Below the pieces are notes generated by a model. That model was not told the origin of the DNA and made no database searches. It was given only the letters and a program-made list of their open reading frames with translations. From NCBI RefSeq assembly GCF_044324875.1, contig NZ_CP172185.1: DNA of 64,000 nucleotides. The stretch is one strand, 5' to 3'. Each line of letters begins with the position of its first letter. Position 1 is the first letter of the stretch. Below are positions 1 to 13,713 of the stretch, piece by piece. Origin of the DNA: Escherichia coli. Lineage in GTDB: Bacteria; Pseudomonadota; Gammaproteobacteria; Enterobacterales; Enterobacteriaceae. The position numbers and the translations under genes are program-made.

Positions 1-1221
1 AGTAACCCGAGCGTTATGTTGTTAAGCGCCGCCGTGCTCGGTTTACTCGGCCTGGTGCCTGGAATGCCGAACCTGGTATTTTTGCTGTTCACTGCCGGAT
101 TGCTTGGGCTGGCCTGGTGGATCCGCGGACGCGAACAAAAAGCGCCTGCCGAACCAAAACCGGTAAAAATGGCAGAGAATAATGCCGTTGTCGAAGCGAC
201 GTGGAACGATGTACAACTGGAAGATTCTCTGGGAATGGAAGTGGGTTATCGCCTGATCCCGATGGTCGATTTCCAGCAGGATGGTGAGTTGCTGGGCCGT
301 ATACGCAGTATTCGCAAGAAATTTGCCCAGGAGATGGGGTTTCTGCCGCCAGTGGTGCACATTCGCGACAATATGGATCTGCAACCTGCCCGCTATCGCA
401 TTTTGATGAAAGGCGTGGAGATAGGCAGTGGTGATGCTTATCCGGGGCGTTGGTTGGCGATTAACCCTGGTACCGCTGCCGGGACGTTACCTGGTGAGGC
501 GACCGTCGATCCGGCATTTGGCCTGAATGCTATCTGGATTGAAAGTGCGCTTAAAGAACAGGCGCAGATTCAGGGGTACACCGTGGTTGAGGCCAGCACG
601 GTGGTGGCAACGCATCTTAACCACCTCATTAGCCAGCATGCCGCAGAGCTGTTTGGTCGTCAGGAGGCGCAACAGTTGCTGGATCGCGTCGCCCAGGAGA
701 TGCCAAAGCTGACGGAAGATCTCGTTCCTGGCGTCGTCACGCTCACCACACTGCATAAAGTGCTGCAAAATCTGCTCGATGAAAAAGTGCCGATTCGCGA
801 TATGCGCACTATTCTCGAAACGCTGGCGGAACATGCGCCCATCCAAAGCGATCCACATGAATTAACCGCCGTCGTGCGCGTGGCGTTGGGACGGGCGATT
901 ACCCAGCAGTGGTTTCCTGGCAAAGATGAAGTTCATGTTATTGGCCTCGATACACCGCTGGAACGTTTGTTGCTACAGGCGTTGCAGGGCGGGGGCGGAC
1001 TGGAGCCAGGGCTGGCGGATCGTTTACTGGCGCAAACTCAGGAAGCGCTATCCCGTCAGGAGATGTTGGGTGCGCCGCCAGTTTTATTGGTGAACCACGC
1101 GCTGCGACCATTATTGTCTCGCTTCCTGCGCCGCAGCTTGCCGCAGTTAGTGGTGCTGTCGAATCTGGAACTATCTGATAACCGACATATCCGCATGACG
1201 GCGACAATTGGCGGTAAATGA
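1..1221 (+). CDS. flhA: Flagellar export apparatus protein FlhA, C-terminal part (5' end lies outside the window)
   Basis: ORF 16..1221 is open in frame back to position 1; translation matches the FlhA C-terminal cytoplasmic domain as I remember it; followed by flhE with a 4-nt ATGA overlap. Confidence 0.9.
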   Translation, partial: SNPSVMLLSAAVLGLLGLVPGMPNLVFLLFTAGLLGLAWWIRGREQKAPAEPKPVKMAENNAVVEATWNDVQLEDSLGMEVGYRLIPMVDFQQDGELLGRIRSIRKKFAQEMGFLPPVVHIRDNMDLQPARYRILMKGVEIGSGDAYPGRWLAINPGTAAGTLPGEATVDPAFGLNAIWIESALKEQAQIQGYTVVEASTVVATHLNHLISQHAAELFGRQEAQQLLDRVAQEMPKLTEDLVPGVVTLTTLHKVLQNLLDEKVPIRDMRTILETLAEHAPIQSDPHELTAVVRVALGRAITQQWFPGKDEVHVIGLDTPLERLLLQALQGGGGLEPGLADRLLAQTQEALSRQEMLGAPPVLLVNHALRPLLSRFLRRSLPQLVVLSNLELSDNRHIRMTATIGGK

Positions 1222-1613
1222 TGAGAACCTTATTAGCAATATTATTGTTTCCGCTGCTGGTGCAAGCCGCCGGGGAGGGGATGTGGCAGGCGAGTAGTGT
1301 GGGCGTTACGCTGAATCACCGTGGTGAGTCGATGTCGTCAGCGCCTCTTTCTACTCGACAACCTGCTGCAGGATTGATGACGCTGGTGGCGTGGCGTTAT
1401 CAGCTTATCGGCCCGACACCTGCAGGACTGCGGGTTCGCTTGTGTTCACAATCTCGTTGTGTCGAATTAGAAGGGCAGAGTGGAACCACCGTGGCCTTTT
1501 CCGGTATACCGGCGATAGAACCGTTGCGATTTATCTGGGAAGTGCCTGGCGGTGGGCGGTTAATTCCGCCGCTAAAGGTACAACGGAATGAAGTGATTGT
1601 GAATTATCGTTAA
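1218..1613 (+). CDS. flhE: Flagellar protein FlhE
   Basis: 131-aa ORF with signal-peptide-like N-terminus (MMRTLLAILLFPLLVQA); position after flhA; start overlaps flhA stop. Confidence 0.9.
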   Translation: MMRTLLAILLFPLLVQAAGEGMWQASSVGVTLNHRGESMSSAPLSTRQPAAGLMTLVAWRYQLIGPTPAGLRVRLCSQSRCVELEGQSGTTVAFSGIPAIEPLRFIWEVPGGGRLIPPLKVQRNEVIVNYR

Positions 1614-1652
1614 TGATAAAAAAGCCGATGTCTGCCATGACATCGGCTTTTG
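1614..1652. terminator. Bidirectional hairpin terminator between convergent flhE and argS
   Basis: Perfect stem GCCGATGTC (1624-1632) / GACATCGGC (1639-1647), A-run upstream and T-run downstream. Confidence 0.6.
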
Positions 1653-1665
1653 CCGTATAACGCGA

Positions 1666-3399
1666 TTACATACGCTCTACTGTCTCAATACCCAGCGTAT
1701 CCAGACCCAGTTTCAGCGTCTTCGCCGTCAGTTGTGCCAGTTTCAGACGGCTGTTACGCACTTCTTCGTTTTCTGCGCTGAGGATCGGGCAGTGCTCGTA
1801 GAAGCCAGAGAACAGACCAGCCAGATCGTACAGGTAAGCACACATCACATGCGGCGTGCCTTCACGGGCAACCACGGTGAGGGTTTCTTCAAACTGCAGC
1901 AGGCGAGCTGCCAGTTGCGCTTCACGATCTTCACGGATGATAACCGGAGCTGCAGCCAGTTGCTCTTCGTCAATTTCTGCTTTACGGAACACGGACAATA
2001 CACGCGTGTATGCATACTGCATGTATGGCGCGGTATTACCCTCAAACGCCAGCATGTTGTCCCAGTCGAAGATGTAGTCCGTGGTGCGGTTTTTGGAGAG
2101 ATCCGCATATTTCACCGCACCAATACCAACTGCGTTAGCCAGTTTTTCCAGCTCGTCGGCTGGCATATCCGGGTTCTTTTCTGCCACCAGACGACGTGCA
2201 CGCTCCAGGGCTTCATCCAGCAGATCGGCCAGTTTCACTGTACCACCCGCGCGGGTTTTGAACGGTTTGCCGTCTTTGCCCAGCATCATGCCGAACATGT
2301 GGTGTTCCAGCGGTACGGATTCCGGTACATAGCCTGCTTTACGGACGATAGCCCACGCCTGCATCAGGTGTTGATGCTGACGGGAGTCGATGTAATACAG
2401 CACGCGATCGGCATGCAGTGTTTCATAACGATATTTCGCACAGGCGATATCAGTGGTGGTGTAGAGATAGCCACCATCTTTCTTCTGAATGATCACGCCC
2501 ATCGGTTCGCCTTCCTTGTTTTTGAACTCATCAAGGAATACGACGGTCGCGCCTTCACTTTCTACTGCCAGACCTTTGGCTTTCAGGTCCGCCACGATAC
2601 CCGGCAGCATTGGGTTGTAGAGACTTTCACCCATGACGTCATCGCGGGTCAACGTCACGTTCAGACGATCGTAGGTGATCTGGTTCTGCGTCATGGTGAT
2701 GTCGACCAGTTTGCGCCACATCTCGCGGAAATATTCGTCACCGCTTTGCAGTTTGACTACGTAGTTACGTGCACGCTCGGCAAACTCTTCATCTTCGTCG
2801 TAATGCTTTTTCGCATCGCGGTAGAAACCTTCAAGGTCAGCCAGCTCCATTTCACCGGCGTTTTCTTGCTGCTGCTTTTCCAACCACGCAATCAGCATAC
2901 CGAACTGAGTACCCCAGTCGCCGACGTGGTTCGCGCGAATCACTTTGTGACCGAGGAACTCCAGAGTACGCACTGCCGCGTCACCAATAATGGTAGAGCG
3001 CAGGTGACCGACGTGCATCTCTTTCGCCACGTTCGGAGCGGAGTAGTCAACCACAATGGTCTGTTTTTCTGGCGTAGCAACACCGAGACGATCGGACGCC
3101 AGCGCCTGCTGAACATGATCAGCCAGGAAGGCTGGATCAAGAAAAATGTTGATAAAGCCTGGACCGGCGATCTCAACTTTGCTGGCGATACCGTTAAGAT
3201 CCAGATGAGTCAGCACCTGCTCTGCTAATTGTCGCGGTGCCATACCCAGTTTTTTAGCAACTGCCATCATGCCGTTAGCCTGATAGTCGCCGAACTGAAC
3301 TTTTGCTGACTGACGAACCTGCGGTTCGCAATCCGCAGGCGCGCCTGCCGCAATCATGGCCTGACGGACTTTTTCTGAGAGAAGAGCCTGAATATTCAC
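1666..3399 (-). CDS. argS: Arginine--tRNA ligase
   Basis: 577-aa ORF, translation [21 protein letters not shown]... with HVGH class-I motif; length matches ArgS. Confidence 0.95.
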   Translation of the reverse strand: MNIQALLSEKVRQAMIAAGAPADCEPQVRQSAKVQFGDYQANGMMAVAKKLGMAPRQLAEQVLTHLDLNGIASKVEIAGPGFINIFLDPAFLADHVQQALASDRLGVATPEKQTIVVDYSAPNVAKEMHVGHLRSTIIGDAAVRTLEFLGHKVIRANHVGDWGTQFGMLIAWLEKQQQENAGEMELADLEGFYRDAKKHYDEDEEFAERARNYVVKLQSGDEYFREMWRKLVDITMTQNQITYDRLNVTLTRDDVMGESLYNPMLPGIVADLKAKGLAVESEGATVVFLDEFKNKEGEPMGVIIQKKDGGYLYTTTDIACAKYRYETLHADRVLYYIDSRQHQHLMQAWAIVRKAGYVPESVPLEHHMFGMMLGKDGKPFKTRAGGTVKLADLLDEALERARRLVAEKNPDMPADELEKLANAVGIGAVKYADLSKNRTTDYIFDWDNMLAFEGNTAPYMQYAYTRVLSVFRKAEIDEEQLAAAPVIIREDREAQLAARLLQFEETLTVVAREGTPHVMCAYLYDLAGLFSGFYEHCPILSAENEEVRNSRLKLAQLTAKTLKLGLDTLGIETVERM

Positions 3400-3614
3400 C
3401 GGAATACCTTACATTGATGAAGCGAGCAAAAATTGCCCGCACCAGTTAAAGAAATTAGGGCGGGAGTATACTGCAAATGGCTGTTTTCGTCAGCAACGTG
3501 CGCGTGGCGTATTGCCGTTTTCACTATTGCATCAGAAGCGGCGTGAAATCAGCGGTTGGTTGGCGCAGGGCAACAGGGTAAATTAACGCTTTTACTGAAA
3601 GACGAAGAGTGATT

Positions 3615-4181
3615 ATGGCGAACTGGCAATCTATCGACGAGTTGCAGGATATTGCATCGGATTTACCGCGATTTACCCACGCATTAGATGAACTTTCCCG
3701 CCGTCTGGGGTTGGATATCACTCCGCTGACTGCCGATCACATTTCCTTGCGTTGCCATCAAAACGTCACCGCTGAACGCTGGCGTCGCGGGTTTGAACAG
3801 TGCGGCGAGCTTTTGTCAGAAAATATGATCAATGGCAGACCGATTTGTCTGTTTAAATTGCATGAACCGGTACAGGTTGCGCACTGGCAGTTTTCCATTG
3901 TGGAGCTACCGTGGCCCGGGGAAAAACGTTACCCGCACGAAGGTTGGGAACATATTGAAATCGTTCTGCCGGGCGATCCAGAAACGCTGAATGCCCGTGC
4001 GCTGGCATTGCTTTCTGATGAAGGACTCAGCCTGCCGGGGATCTCAGTTAAAACCAGTTCGCCAAAAGGTGAGCATGAGCGATTACCGAACCCGACGCTG
4101 GCGGTCACCGATGGCAAAACGACCATTAAATTTCATCCGTGGTCCATTGAAGAGATCGTTGCCAGCGAGCAGTCAGCGTAA
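3615..4181 (+). CDS. yecM: YecM, putative metal-binding enzyme
   Basis: ORF 3609..4181; ATG at 3615 chosen to give the remembered 188 aa; synteny argS-yecM-cutC. Confidence 0.8.
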   Translation: MANWQSIDELQDIASDLPRFTHALDELSRRLGLDITPLTADHISLRCHQNVTAERWRRGFEQCGELLSENMINGRPICLFKLHEPVQVAHWQFSIVELPWPGEKRYPHEGWEHIEIVLPGDPETLNARALALLSDEGLSLPGISVKTSSPKGEHERLPNPTLAVTDGKTTIKFHPWSIEEIVASEQSA

Positions 4182-4185
4182 TTAA

Positions 4186-4941
<756 letters not shown>

Positions 4942-4987
4942 TTTTTACCGTTGCATCATGTCGCCCAATATGATGCTTGCTCGTACC

Positions 4988-5021
4988 AGGCCCCTGCAAT
5001 TTCAACAGGGGCCTTTTTTTA
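4988..5021 (+). terminator. Rho-independent terminator after cutC
   Basis: Stem AGGCCCCTG / CAGGGGCCT followed by a T7 run. Confidence 0.6.
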
Positions 5022-5275
5022 TCCCCGAGAAGTATAAAAAACGAACGATTTCGGTGATCAGTTGAGCGCGTGACAGTGCGCATAGCGTTGTGCTAAAAAT
5101 TTTTATACATTCATATTAATTATGTAATTTAAATTACTAAAACTGACAAATATATATTCTAAATAACAACTGGGTTATTCTTTAGCAATTAATGATTACA
5201 TTGTAATAAATCATATTCTTGGTGATGCTGCCAACTTACTGATTTAGTGTATGATGGTGTTTTTGAGGTGCTCCA

Positions 5276-5551
5276 GTGGCTTCTGTTTCTATCAGCTGTC
5301 CCTCCTGTTCAGCTACTGACGGGGTGGTGCGTAACGGCAAAAGCACCGCCGGACATCAGCGCTATCTCTGCTCTCACTGCCGTAAAACATGGCAACTGCA
5401 GTTCACTTACACCGCTTCTCAACCCGGTACGCACCAGAAAATCATTGATATGGCCATGAATGGCGTTGGATGCCGGGCAACTGCCCGCATTATGGGCGTT
5501 GGCCTCAACACGATTTTACGTCACTTAAAAAACTCAGGCCGCAGTCGGTAA
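5276..5551 (+). CDS. insA: IS1 InsA
   Basis: 91-aa [46 protein letters not shown]... identical in character to IS1 InsA (zinc-finger N-terminus). Confidence 0.9.
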
Positions 5552-5973
5552 CCTCGCGCATACAGCCGGGCAGTGACGTCATCGTCTGCGCGGAAATGGA
5601 CGAACAGTGGGGCTATGTCGGGGCTAAATCGCGCCAGCGCTGGCTGTTTTACGCGTATGACAGGCTCCGGAAGACGGTTGTTGCGCACGTATTCGGTGAA
5701 CGCACTATGGCGACGCTGGGGCGTCTTATGAGCCTGCTGTCACCCTTTGACGTGGTGATATGGATGACGGATGGCTGGCCACTGTATGAATCCCGCCTGA
5801 AGGGAAAGCTGCACGTAATCAGCAAGCGATATACGCAGCGAATTGAGCGGCATAACCTGAATCTGAGGCAGCACCTGGCACGGCTGGGACGGAAGTCGCT
5901 GTCGTTCTCAAAATCGGTGGAGCTGCATGACAAAGTCATCGGGCATTATCTGAACATAAAACACTATCAATAA
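5470..5973 (+). CDS. insB: IS1 InsB reading frame (expressed as InsAB' transposase by -1 frameshift)
   Basis: 167-aa ORF in the -1 frame overlapping the insA 3' end; matches IS1 InsB as I remember it. Confidence 0.85.
5525..5533 (+). other. IS1 programmed -1 ribosomal frameshift motif TTAAAAAAC
   Basis: A6C slippery motif sits in the insA/insB overlap, where the IS1 frameshift is known to occur. Confidence 0.7.
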
Positions 5974-6103
5974 GTTGGAGTCATTACCCATATTCTTTAT
6001 CGATTATTTCAGGCAGTGTTGTGCCGAATTATGCAAGCGGTCAATTCGTTGTATATTTAATTATACAATGATTTCGGTGTTCTGGAATTAATTAGAGGAA
6101 TCT

Positions 6104-7204
6104 ATGCGAGGGAAAAAACGCATTGGGTTAATGTTTTTGCTGATAGCGGTTGTGGTTGGTGGCGGCGGGTTATTGCTGGCGCAAAAAGCCTTACATAAAA
6201 CGTCGGATACCGCATTTTGCCTTTCCTGCCACTCGATGAGTAAACCTTTTGAGGAATATCAGGGAACTGTCCACTTTTCGAACCAGAAAGGGATACGTGC
6301 GGAATGTGCCGATTGCCATATTCCAAAGTCAGGGATGAATTATTTATTTGCTAAATTAAAAGCTTCTAAAGATATTTATCATGAATTTGTTAGCGGCAAA
6401 ATAGACAGTGACGATAAATTCGAAGCGCATCGTCAGGAAATGGCCGAAACAGTATGGAAAGAATTAAAAGCAACTGATTCTGCAACGTGTCGTAGTTGCC
6501 ATTCTTTTGATGCCATGGATATTGCCTCGCAAAGTGAATCTGCGCAGAAAATGCATACCAAAGCGCAAAAGGACGGCGAAACCTGTATCGATTGTCATAA
6601 AGGCATTGCCCATTTTCCACCAGAAATAAAAATGGATGACAACGCGGCGCATGAGCTGGAAAGTCAGGCCGCTACTTCAGTTACCAATGGCGCACATATT
6701 TATCCTTTCAAACCTTCCCGCATAGGCGAACTGGCCACTGTGAATCCTGGTACCGATCTCACCGTCGTTGATGCCAGTGGCAAACAGCCGATCGTTCTGT
6801 TGCAGGGTTATCAAATGCAGGGCAGTGAAAGCACGCTCTACCTGGCGGCAGGTCAACGTCTGGCGCTAGCCACATTAAGTGATGAAGGTATCAAGGCGCT
6901 GACGGTAAACGGGGAATGGCAGGCTGACGAATACGGCAATCAATGGCGTCAGGCGTCTTTACAGGGTGTGCTTACCGATCCCGCATTAGCGGACCGTAAA
7001 CCGCTATGGCAATACGCTGAAAAACTTGACGATACCTATTGCGCTGGTTGCCATGCCCCTATTGCCTCCGACCATTACACCGTCAATGCTTGGCCGTCCA
7101 TTGCCAAAGGTATGGGGGCGCGAACCAGCATGAGCGAAAACGAACTGGACATTTTGACGCGGTACTTCCAGTACAACGCCAAAGATATTACCGAGAAACA
7201 GTGA
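6104..7204 (+). CDS. torY: Pentahaem c-type cytochrome TorY (NapC/NirT family)
   Basis: 366-aa ORF with N-terminal membrane anchor and multiple CxxCH haem motifs (CLSCH, CADCH, CRSCH, CIDCH, CAGCH). Confidence 0.9.
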   Translation: MRGKKRIGLMFLLIAVVVGGGGLLLAQKALHKTSDTAFCLSCHSMSKPFEEYQGTVHFSNQKGIRAECADCHIPKSGMNYLFAKLKASKDIYHEFVSGKIDSDDKFEAHRQEMAETVWKELKATDSATCRSCHSFDAMDIASQSESAQKMHTKAQKDGETCIDCHKGIAHFPPEIKMDDNAAHELESQAATSVTNGAHIYPFKPSRIGELATVNPGTDLTVVDASGKQPIVLLQGYQMQGSESTLYLAAGQRLALATLSDEGIKALTVNGEWQADEYGNQWRQASLQGVLTDPALADRKPLWQYAEKLDDTYCAGCHAPIASDHYTVNAWPSIAKGMGARTSMSENELDILTRYFQYNAKDITEKQ

Positions 7205-7228
7205 TCCTCGTTGATCAGGGAGGAAGTT

Positions 7229-9658
7229 ATGACATTAACAAGACGTGAATTTATTAAACACAGCGGTATTGCCGCTGGGGCGCTGGTGGTGACATCGGCT
7301 GCACCGCTACCCGCATGGGCAGAAGAGAAGGGTGGCAAAATCCTCACCGCGGGCCGTTGGGGAGCGATGAACGTAGAAGTGAAGGACGGCAAGATTGTTT
7401 CTTCGACAGGCGCGCTGGCGAAAACCATACCGAACTCCTTACAGTCTACGGCGGCGGATCAGGTACACACCACGGCGCGTATTCAGCATCCGATGGTGAG
7501 AAAAAGCTATCTCGATAATCCACAGCAACCGGCGAAAGGTCGTGGCGAAGATACCTATGTACAGGTGAGCTGGGAACAAGCATTAAAACTGATTCATGAG
7601 CAACATGATCGTATTCGTAAAGCTAACGGACCATCGGCCATTTTTGCCGGATCTTACGGCTGGCGCTCTTCTGGCGTGTTGCATAAAGCGCAAACCTTAC
7701 TGCAACGTTATATGAACCTGGCGGGCGGTTATTCCGGGCATAGCGGCGATTATTCAACCGGTGCGGCACAGGTGATCATGCCGCATGTGGTGGGTTCCGT
7801 GGAGGTGTATGAACAGCAGACCTCCTGGCCGCTGATTCTGGAAAACAGCCAGGTTGTGGTGCTGTGGGGGATGAACCCGCTGAATACCTTAAAAATTGCC
7901 TGGAGCAGTACCGATGAGCAAGGGCTGGAATACTTCCATCAGCTGAAAAAATCTGGCAAACCAGTGATTGCCATTGATCCTATCCGCTCCGAAACCATCG
8001 ACTTCTTTGGCGATAACGCCACATGGATCGCCCCAAATATGGGTACCGACGTGGCGTTGATGTTAGGGATTGCGCACACCTTGATGGTACAAGGTAAGCA
8101 CGATAAGGCCTTCCTGGAAAAATACACCACCGGCTACCCGCAGTTTGAAGAGTATCTGGCAGGCAAGAGCGATAATACGCCGAAGAGCGCGGCCTGGGCG
8201 GCGGAAATTACTGGCGTACCGGAAGCGCAGATAGTCAAACTCGCTGAACTGATGGCGGCGAATCGCACAATGCTGATGGCAGGCTGGGGAATTCAGCGCC
8301 AGCAATATGGTGAACAGAAACACTGGATGCTGGTGACGCTGGCGGCGATGTTAGGGCAGATTGGTACACCGGGCGGCGGTTTTGGTTTCTCTTATCATTA
8401 CTCCAACGGTGGTAACTCGACGCGTGTTGGCGGCGTGCTGCCGGAAATGTCTGCGGCGATTGCCGGACAGGCCAGTGAGGCCGCTGATGATGGCGGAATG
8501 ACGGCGATTCCTGTTGCCCGTATCGTCGATGCGCTGGAAAATCCTGGCGGAAAATATCAGCATAACGGTAAAGAACAAACGTATCCGAATATCAAAATGA
8601 TCTGGTGGGCGGGTGGCGGTAACTTTACCCATCACCAGGATACTAATCGTCTGATCAAAGCCTGGCAGAAACCGGAGATGATCGTCGTTTCTGAATGCTA
8701 CTGGACCGCAGCTGCTAAACATGCAGATATCGTATTACCGATCACCACATCGTTTGAGCGCAATGACTTGACGATGACCGGTGATTACAGCAACCAGCAT
8801 ATTGTACCGATGAAGCAGGCTGTCGCTGCGCAATTTGAAGCGCGTAACGATTTTGACGTGTTTGCCGATCTTGCTGAATTACTCAAACCTGGCGGAAAAG
8901 AGATCTATACCGAAGGTAGAGATGAAATGGCGTGGCTGAAATTTTTCTATGATGCCGCTCAGAAAGGTGCCCGTGCGCAACGCGTGACTATGCCGATGTT
9001 TAATGCCTTCTGGCAGCAAAATAAACTGATCGAAATGCGCCGCAGCGAGAAGAACGAACAGTACGTTCGTTATGGTGATTTCCGCGCCGATCCGGTGAAA
9101 AATGCGCTGGGTACGCCAAGCGGCAAAATTGAGATTTACTCCAAAACGCTGGAAAAATTTGGCTATAAGGATTGCCCGGCACACCCAACCTGGCTTGCGC
9201 CTGATGAGTGGAAAGGTTCCGCCGACGAGAAGCAGTTGCAGCTTCTGACCGCACATCCGGCACACCGTTTACACAGTCAGCTTAACTATGCGGAACTGCG
9301 TAAAAAATATGCGGTTGCCGATCGTGAACCGATCACTATTCACACCGAAGATGCTGCTCGCTTTGGTATTGCGAATGGCGATCTGGTGCGTGTCTGGAAC
9401 AAACGTGGTCAGATTCTGACAGGCGCGGTGGTGACTGACGGGATCAAAAAAGGCGTGGTATGCGTGCATGAAGGTGCATGGCCAGATCTGGAAAATGGCT
9501 TGTGTAAAAACGGCAGTGCGAACGTGTTAACGGCGGATATCCCCAGCTCTCAGCTGGCAAATGCCTGTGCCGGTAACTCTGCGCTGGTGTATATCGAAAA
9601 ATATACGGGCAATGCACCGAAGTTAACGGCGTTTGATCAGCCAGCTGTTCAGGCATAA
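7229..9658 (+). CDS. torZ: Trimethylamine-N-oxide reductase 2, molybdoenzyme TorZ (BisZ)
   Basis: ORF 7211..9658; ATG at 7229 preceded by GGGAGGAAG; twin-arginine signal (TRREFIK); about 809 aa as expected for TorZ. Confidence 0.9.
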   Translation: MTLTRREFIKHSGIAAGALVVTSAAPLPAWAEEKGGKILTAGRWGAMNVEVKDGKIVSSTGALAKTIPNSLQSTAADQVHTTARIQHPMVRKSYLDNPQQPAKGRGEDTYVQVSWEQALKLIHEQHDRIRKANGPSAIFAGSYGWRSSGVLHKAQTLLQRYMNLAGGYSGHSGDYSTGAAQVIMPHVVGSVEVYEQQTSWPLILENSQVVVLWGMNPLNTLKIAWSSTDEQGLEYFHQLKKSGKPVIAIDPIRSETIDFFGDNATWIAPNMGTDVALMLGIAHTLMVQGKHDKAFLEKYTTGYPQFEEYLAGKSDNTPKSAAWAAEITGVPEAQIVKLAELMAANRTMLMAGWGIQRQQYGEQKHWMLVTLAAMLGQIGTPGGGFGFSYHYSNGGNSTRVGGVLPEMSAAIAGQASEAADDGGMTAIPVARIVDALENPGGKYQHNGKEQTYPNIKMIWWAGGGNFTHHQDTNRLIKAWQKPEMIVVSECYWTAAAKHADIVLPITTSFERNDLTMTGDYSNQHIVPMKQAVAAQFEARNDFDVFADLAELLKPGGKEIYTEGRDEMAWLKFFYDAAQKGARAQRVTMPMFNAFWQQNKLIEMRRSEKNEQYVRYGDFRADPVKNALGTPSGKIEIYSKTLEKFGYKDCPAHPTWLAPDEWKGSADEKQLQLLTAHPAHRLHSQLNYAELRKKYAVADREPITIHTEDAARFGIANGDLVRVWNKRGQILTGAVVTDGIKKGVVCVHEGAWPDLENGLCKNGSANVLTADIPSSQLANACAGNSALVYIEKYTGNAPKLTAFDQPAVQA

Positions 9659-9767
9659 GACGTGAAAAGCGCCCGGAAATGGGCGCTGAGGTTATGCAAA
9701 CGTAAAACTGCCTGATGCGCTATGCTTATAAGGCCTACATAGTCCCTGCAATATATTGAATTAGGAA

Positions 9768-9808
9768 GGTTTTGTAGGCCGGATAAGGCGTTCACGCCGC
9801 ATCCGGCA
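9768..9808. repeat. REP (repetitive extragenic palindrome) element
   Basis: GTAGGCCGGATAAGGCGTTCACGCCGCATCCGGCA matches the E. coli REP consensus; a second REP-like copy lies at about 9711-9740. Confidence 0.6.
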
Positions 9809-9822
9809 GTAATACCAGACCT

Positions 9823-11970
<2,148 letters not shown>

Positions 11971-12022
11971 ACAAACTCCCTTTAAAATGGCCGATGGCAC
12001 CTGTCTATGATAGGTGGCAAAT

Positions 12023-12841
12023 TCAGAAAAGAGAAGATTGCTGTGGAATAGCCGGAACTGCTCCGATCTCTGGAAGCGTTTTACGTAAGTCTTCCCACAG
12101 GGTATGTACCAGTTCCGGGGCCTGGGCAATATCTGGCGTATGTAAAAAAAGATAAGGCGTAGTGGTCTGATGCCACTGCGCTAATTTTTGTAACCAGACC
12201 TGAAATAATTCCCGGTTTTGCGTCATATCATCACTACCGATAAAACGGATCAGCGGATTTGTCGCCGTCAGTACAGCATGTACCGGAACCTTAGGTTTTT
12301 TTCGTTGAGCGTCGCGAATAGCTTCACTGTGTGGACGTGCTGCATGAACCGGGCGGCTGTCTAAAATCACCCGATTAACGCCGCGCTGATGTAAACCGCG
12401 ATTAAGTGTTTGTTCCTCTTCCCCTTTGGCGAAAAACTGTGGATGGCGAACTTCCACACCATAATTAAACTCGCCGGGAAGAGAGTCGAGAAAATGCCAA
12501 AGCGCAGGCAGATCCCGTGGGCCAAATGTGGCAGGCAGTTGCAGCCAGTATTGCCCAATGCGCGGCGCTAACGGTGACATGCGGGTCAAAAATTCAGTCA
12601 CTAAATCATCGCAATGCCGTAATGCTGCCTGATGCGAAATGGTCGCCGGAAACTTAAAACAGAAGCGGAAGTCATCTGTGGTCTGCTCACGCCAGCGTAG
12701 GACAACCTCGGATTTCGGCAGGGCGTAAAGCGTGGTGTTGCCCTCCACACAGTTAAAGTGGCGGGCATACTCTTCAAGGCTGGTGATCCCCAACCGCACC
12801 CATTTAGGATGCGACCATTGCGGCAGACCGATGTAAATCAT
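12023..12841 (-). CDS. yecE: YecE (DUF72 family protein)
   Basis: 272-aa [44 protein letters not shown]... Confidence 0.85.
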   Translation of the reverse strand: MIYIGLPQWSHPKWVRLGITSLEEYARHFNCVEGNTTLYALPKSEVVLRWREQTTDDFRFCFKFPATISHQAALRHCDDLVTEFLTRMSPLAPRIGQYWLQLPATFGPRDLPALWHFLDSLPGEFNYGVEVRHPQFFAKGEEEQTLNRGLHQRGVNRVILDSRPVHAARPHSEAIRDAQRKKPKVPVHAVLTATNPLIRFIGSDDMTQNRELFQVWLQKLAQWHQTTTPYLFLHTPDIAQAPELVHTLWEDLRKTLPEIGAVPAIPQQSSLF

Positions 12842-13404
12842 AACGCGTGGAGGATCTCTTCCACACTGCGCACACGGGCGATGCGTGGGTAGATATGGTT
12901 GATGCTGTTATTGTGCTGCTCGGCGCTGGCGGCGCTGCAGGCGTCTTCGGCAATCACCAGATTAAAACCGAGTTCCCAGGCATTGCGGGCGGTGGATTCA
13001 ACACCGATATTGGTCGAGATCCCACATAATACTATTGTATCGATACCCCGGCGGCGTAATTGCAACTCCAGATCCGTACCGTAAAACGCACCCCATTGAC
13101 GTTTGATGATTTCGATATCGCTGTCGGTTGCACCTAATGCAGCAGGATGTTGCCACCAGTTTTCGGGTAACACTTTAGCGGGGGAGGGGACATCAACCGG
13201 CTGTTTTAATGCTTCGGCATAATCGGCAGACCAGCCAACGCGCACCAGAAACACGGGCTGACCGCTCGCGCGAAATTTCGCCGCCAGCTTCCCGGCGCGA
13301 TTAACCACCTCATCGGCAGTATGTGGACCTCCGGCAAAAGGTAAGATGCCTTCTTGTAAATCAATCACCACCAGCGCAGTGGTTTTAGCATTAAGTTCAA
13401 GCAT
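12838..13404 (-). CDS. yecD: Isochorismatase-family hydrolase YecD
   Basis: ORF 12838..13419; start placed at the second Met ([19 protein letters not shown]) for 188 aa; alternative start 13419. Confidence 0.8.
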   Translation of the reverse strand: MLELNAKTTALVVIDLQEGILPFAGGPHTADEVVNRAGKLAAKFRASGQPVFLVRVGWSADYAEALKQPVDVPSPAKVLPENWWQHPAALGATDSDIEIIKRQWGAFYGTDLELQLRRRGIDTIVLCGISTNIGVESTARNAWELGFNLVIAEDACSAASAEQHNNSINHIYPRIARVRSVEEILHAL

Positions 13405-13713
13405 GATGACTCCTGACAAAACAAAATCGTGCCTCTCACCTTAATGCGATTAGCCGATGGCGGAACGACAAATTTTGTTAATTTTTATGAGTTCGGGCAA
13501 CACCTTTATAGCAAACTGGCGTAGAGTCTGATTTCAGGCCCGATATAAAGTGGTAACGAGGTGTTCCAGCGCGGGCCAGGCTCTTACGGTGCGGCAGAAT
13601 TTCCAGTATAATAGCCGCCTTTTTTCATTCAGTTGTGACATACAGCTAACGCTGCGACTTGGTCACCTGCGCAGCAGGGGGCATCCGCCGGCAGCTAAGT
13701 TAAGGGATATCTC

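Larger units (their letters stand above)
5221..5988 (+). mobile_element. IS1 insertion sequence (768 bp) flanked by a 9-bp target-site duplication CATATTCTT
   Basis: Begins GGTGATGCTGCCAACTTACTGAT and ends ATCAATAAGTTGGAGTCATTACC (IS1 terminal inverted repeats); contains insA and insB; CATATTCTT at 5212-5220 and 5989-5997. Confidence 0.9.

Noticed and set aside
1732-3228. 498-aa ORF on the plus strand
   Set aside because: Lies entirely antisense within argS, which has an unambiguous match to arginyl-tRNA synthetase; the long antisense frame is a by-product of GC-rich codon structure.
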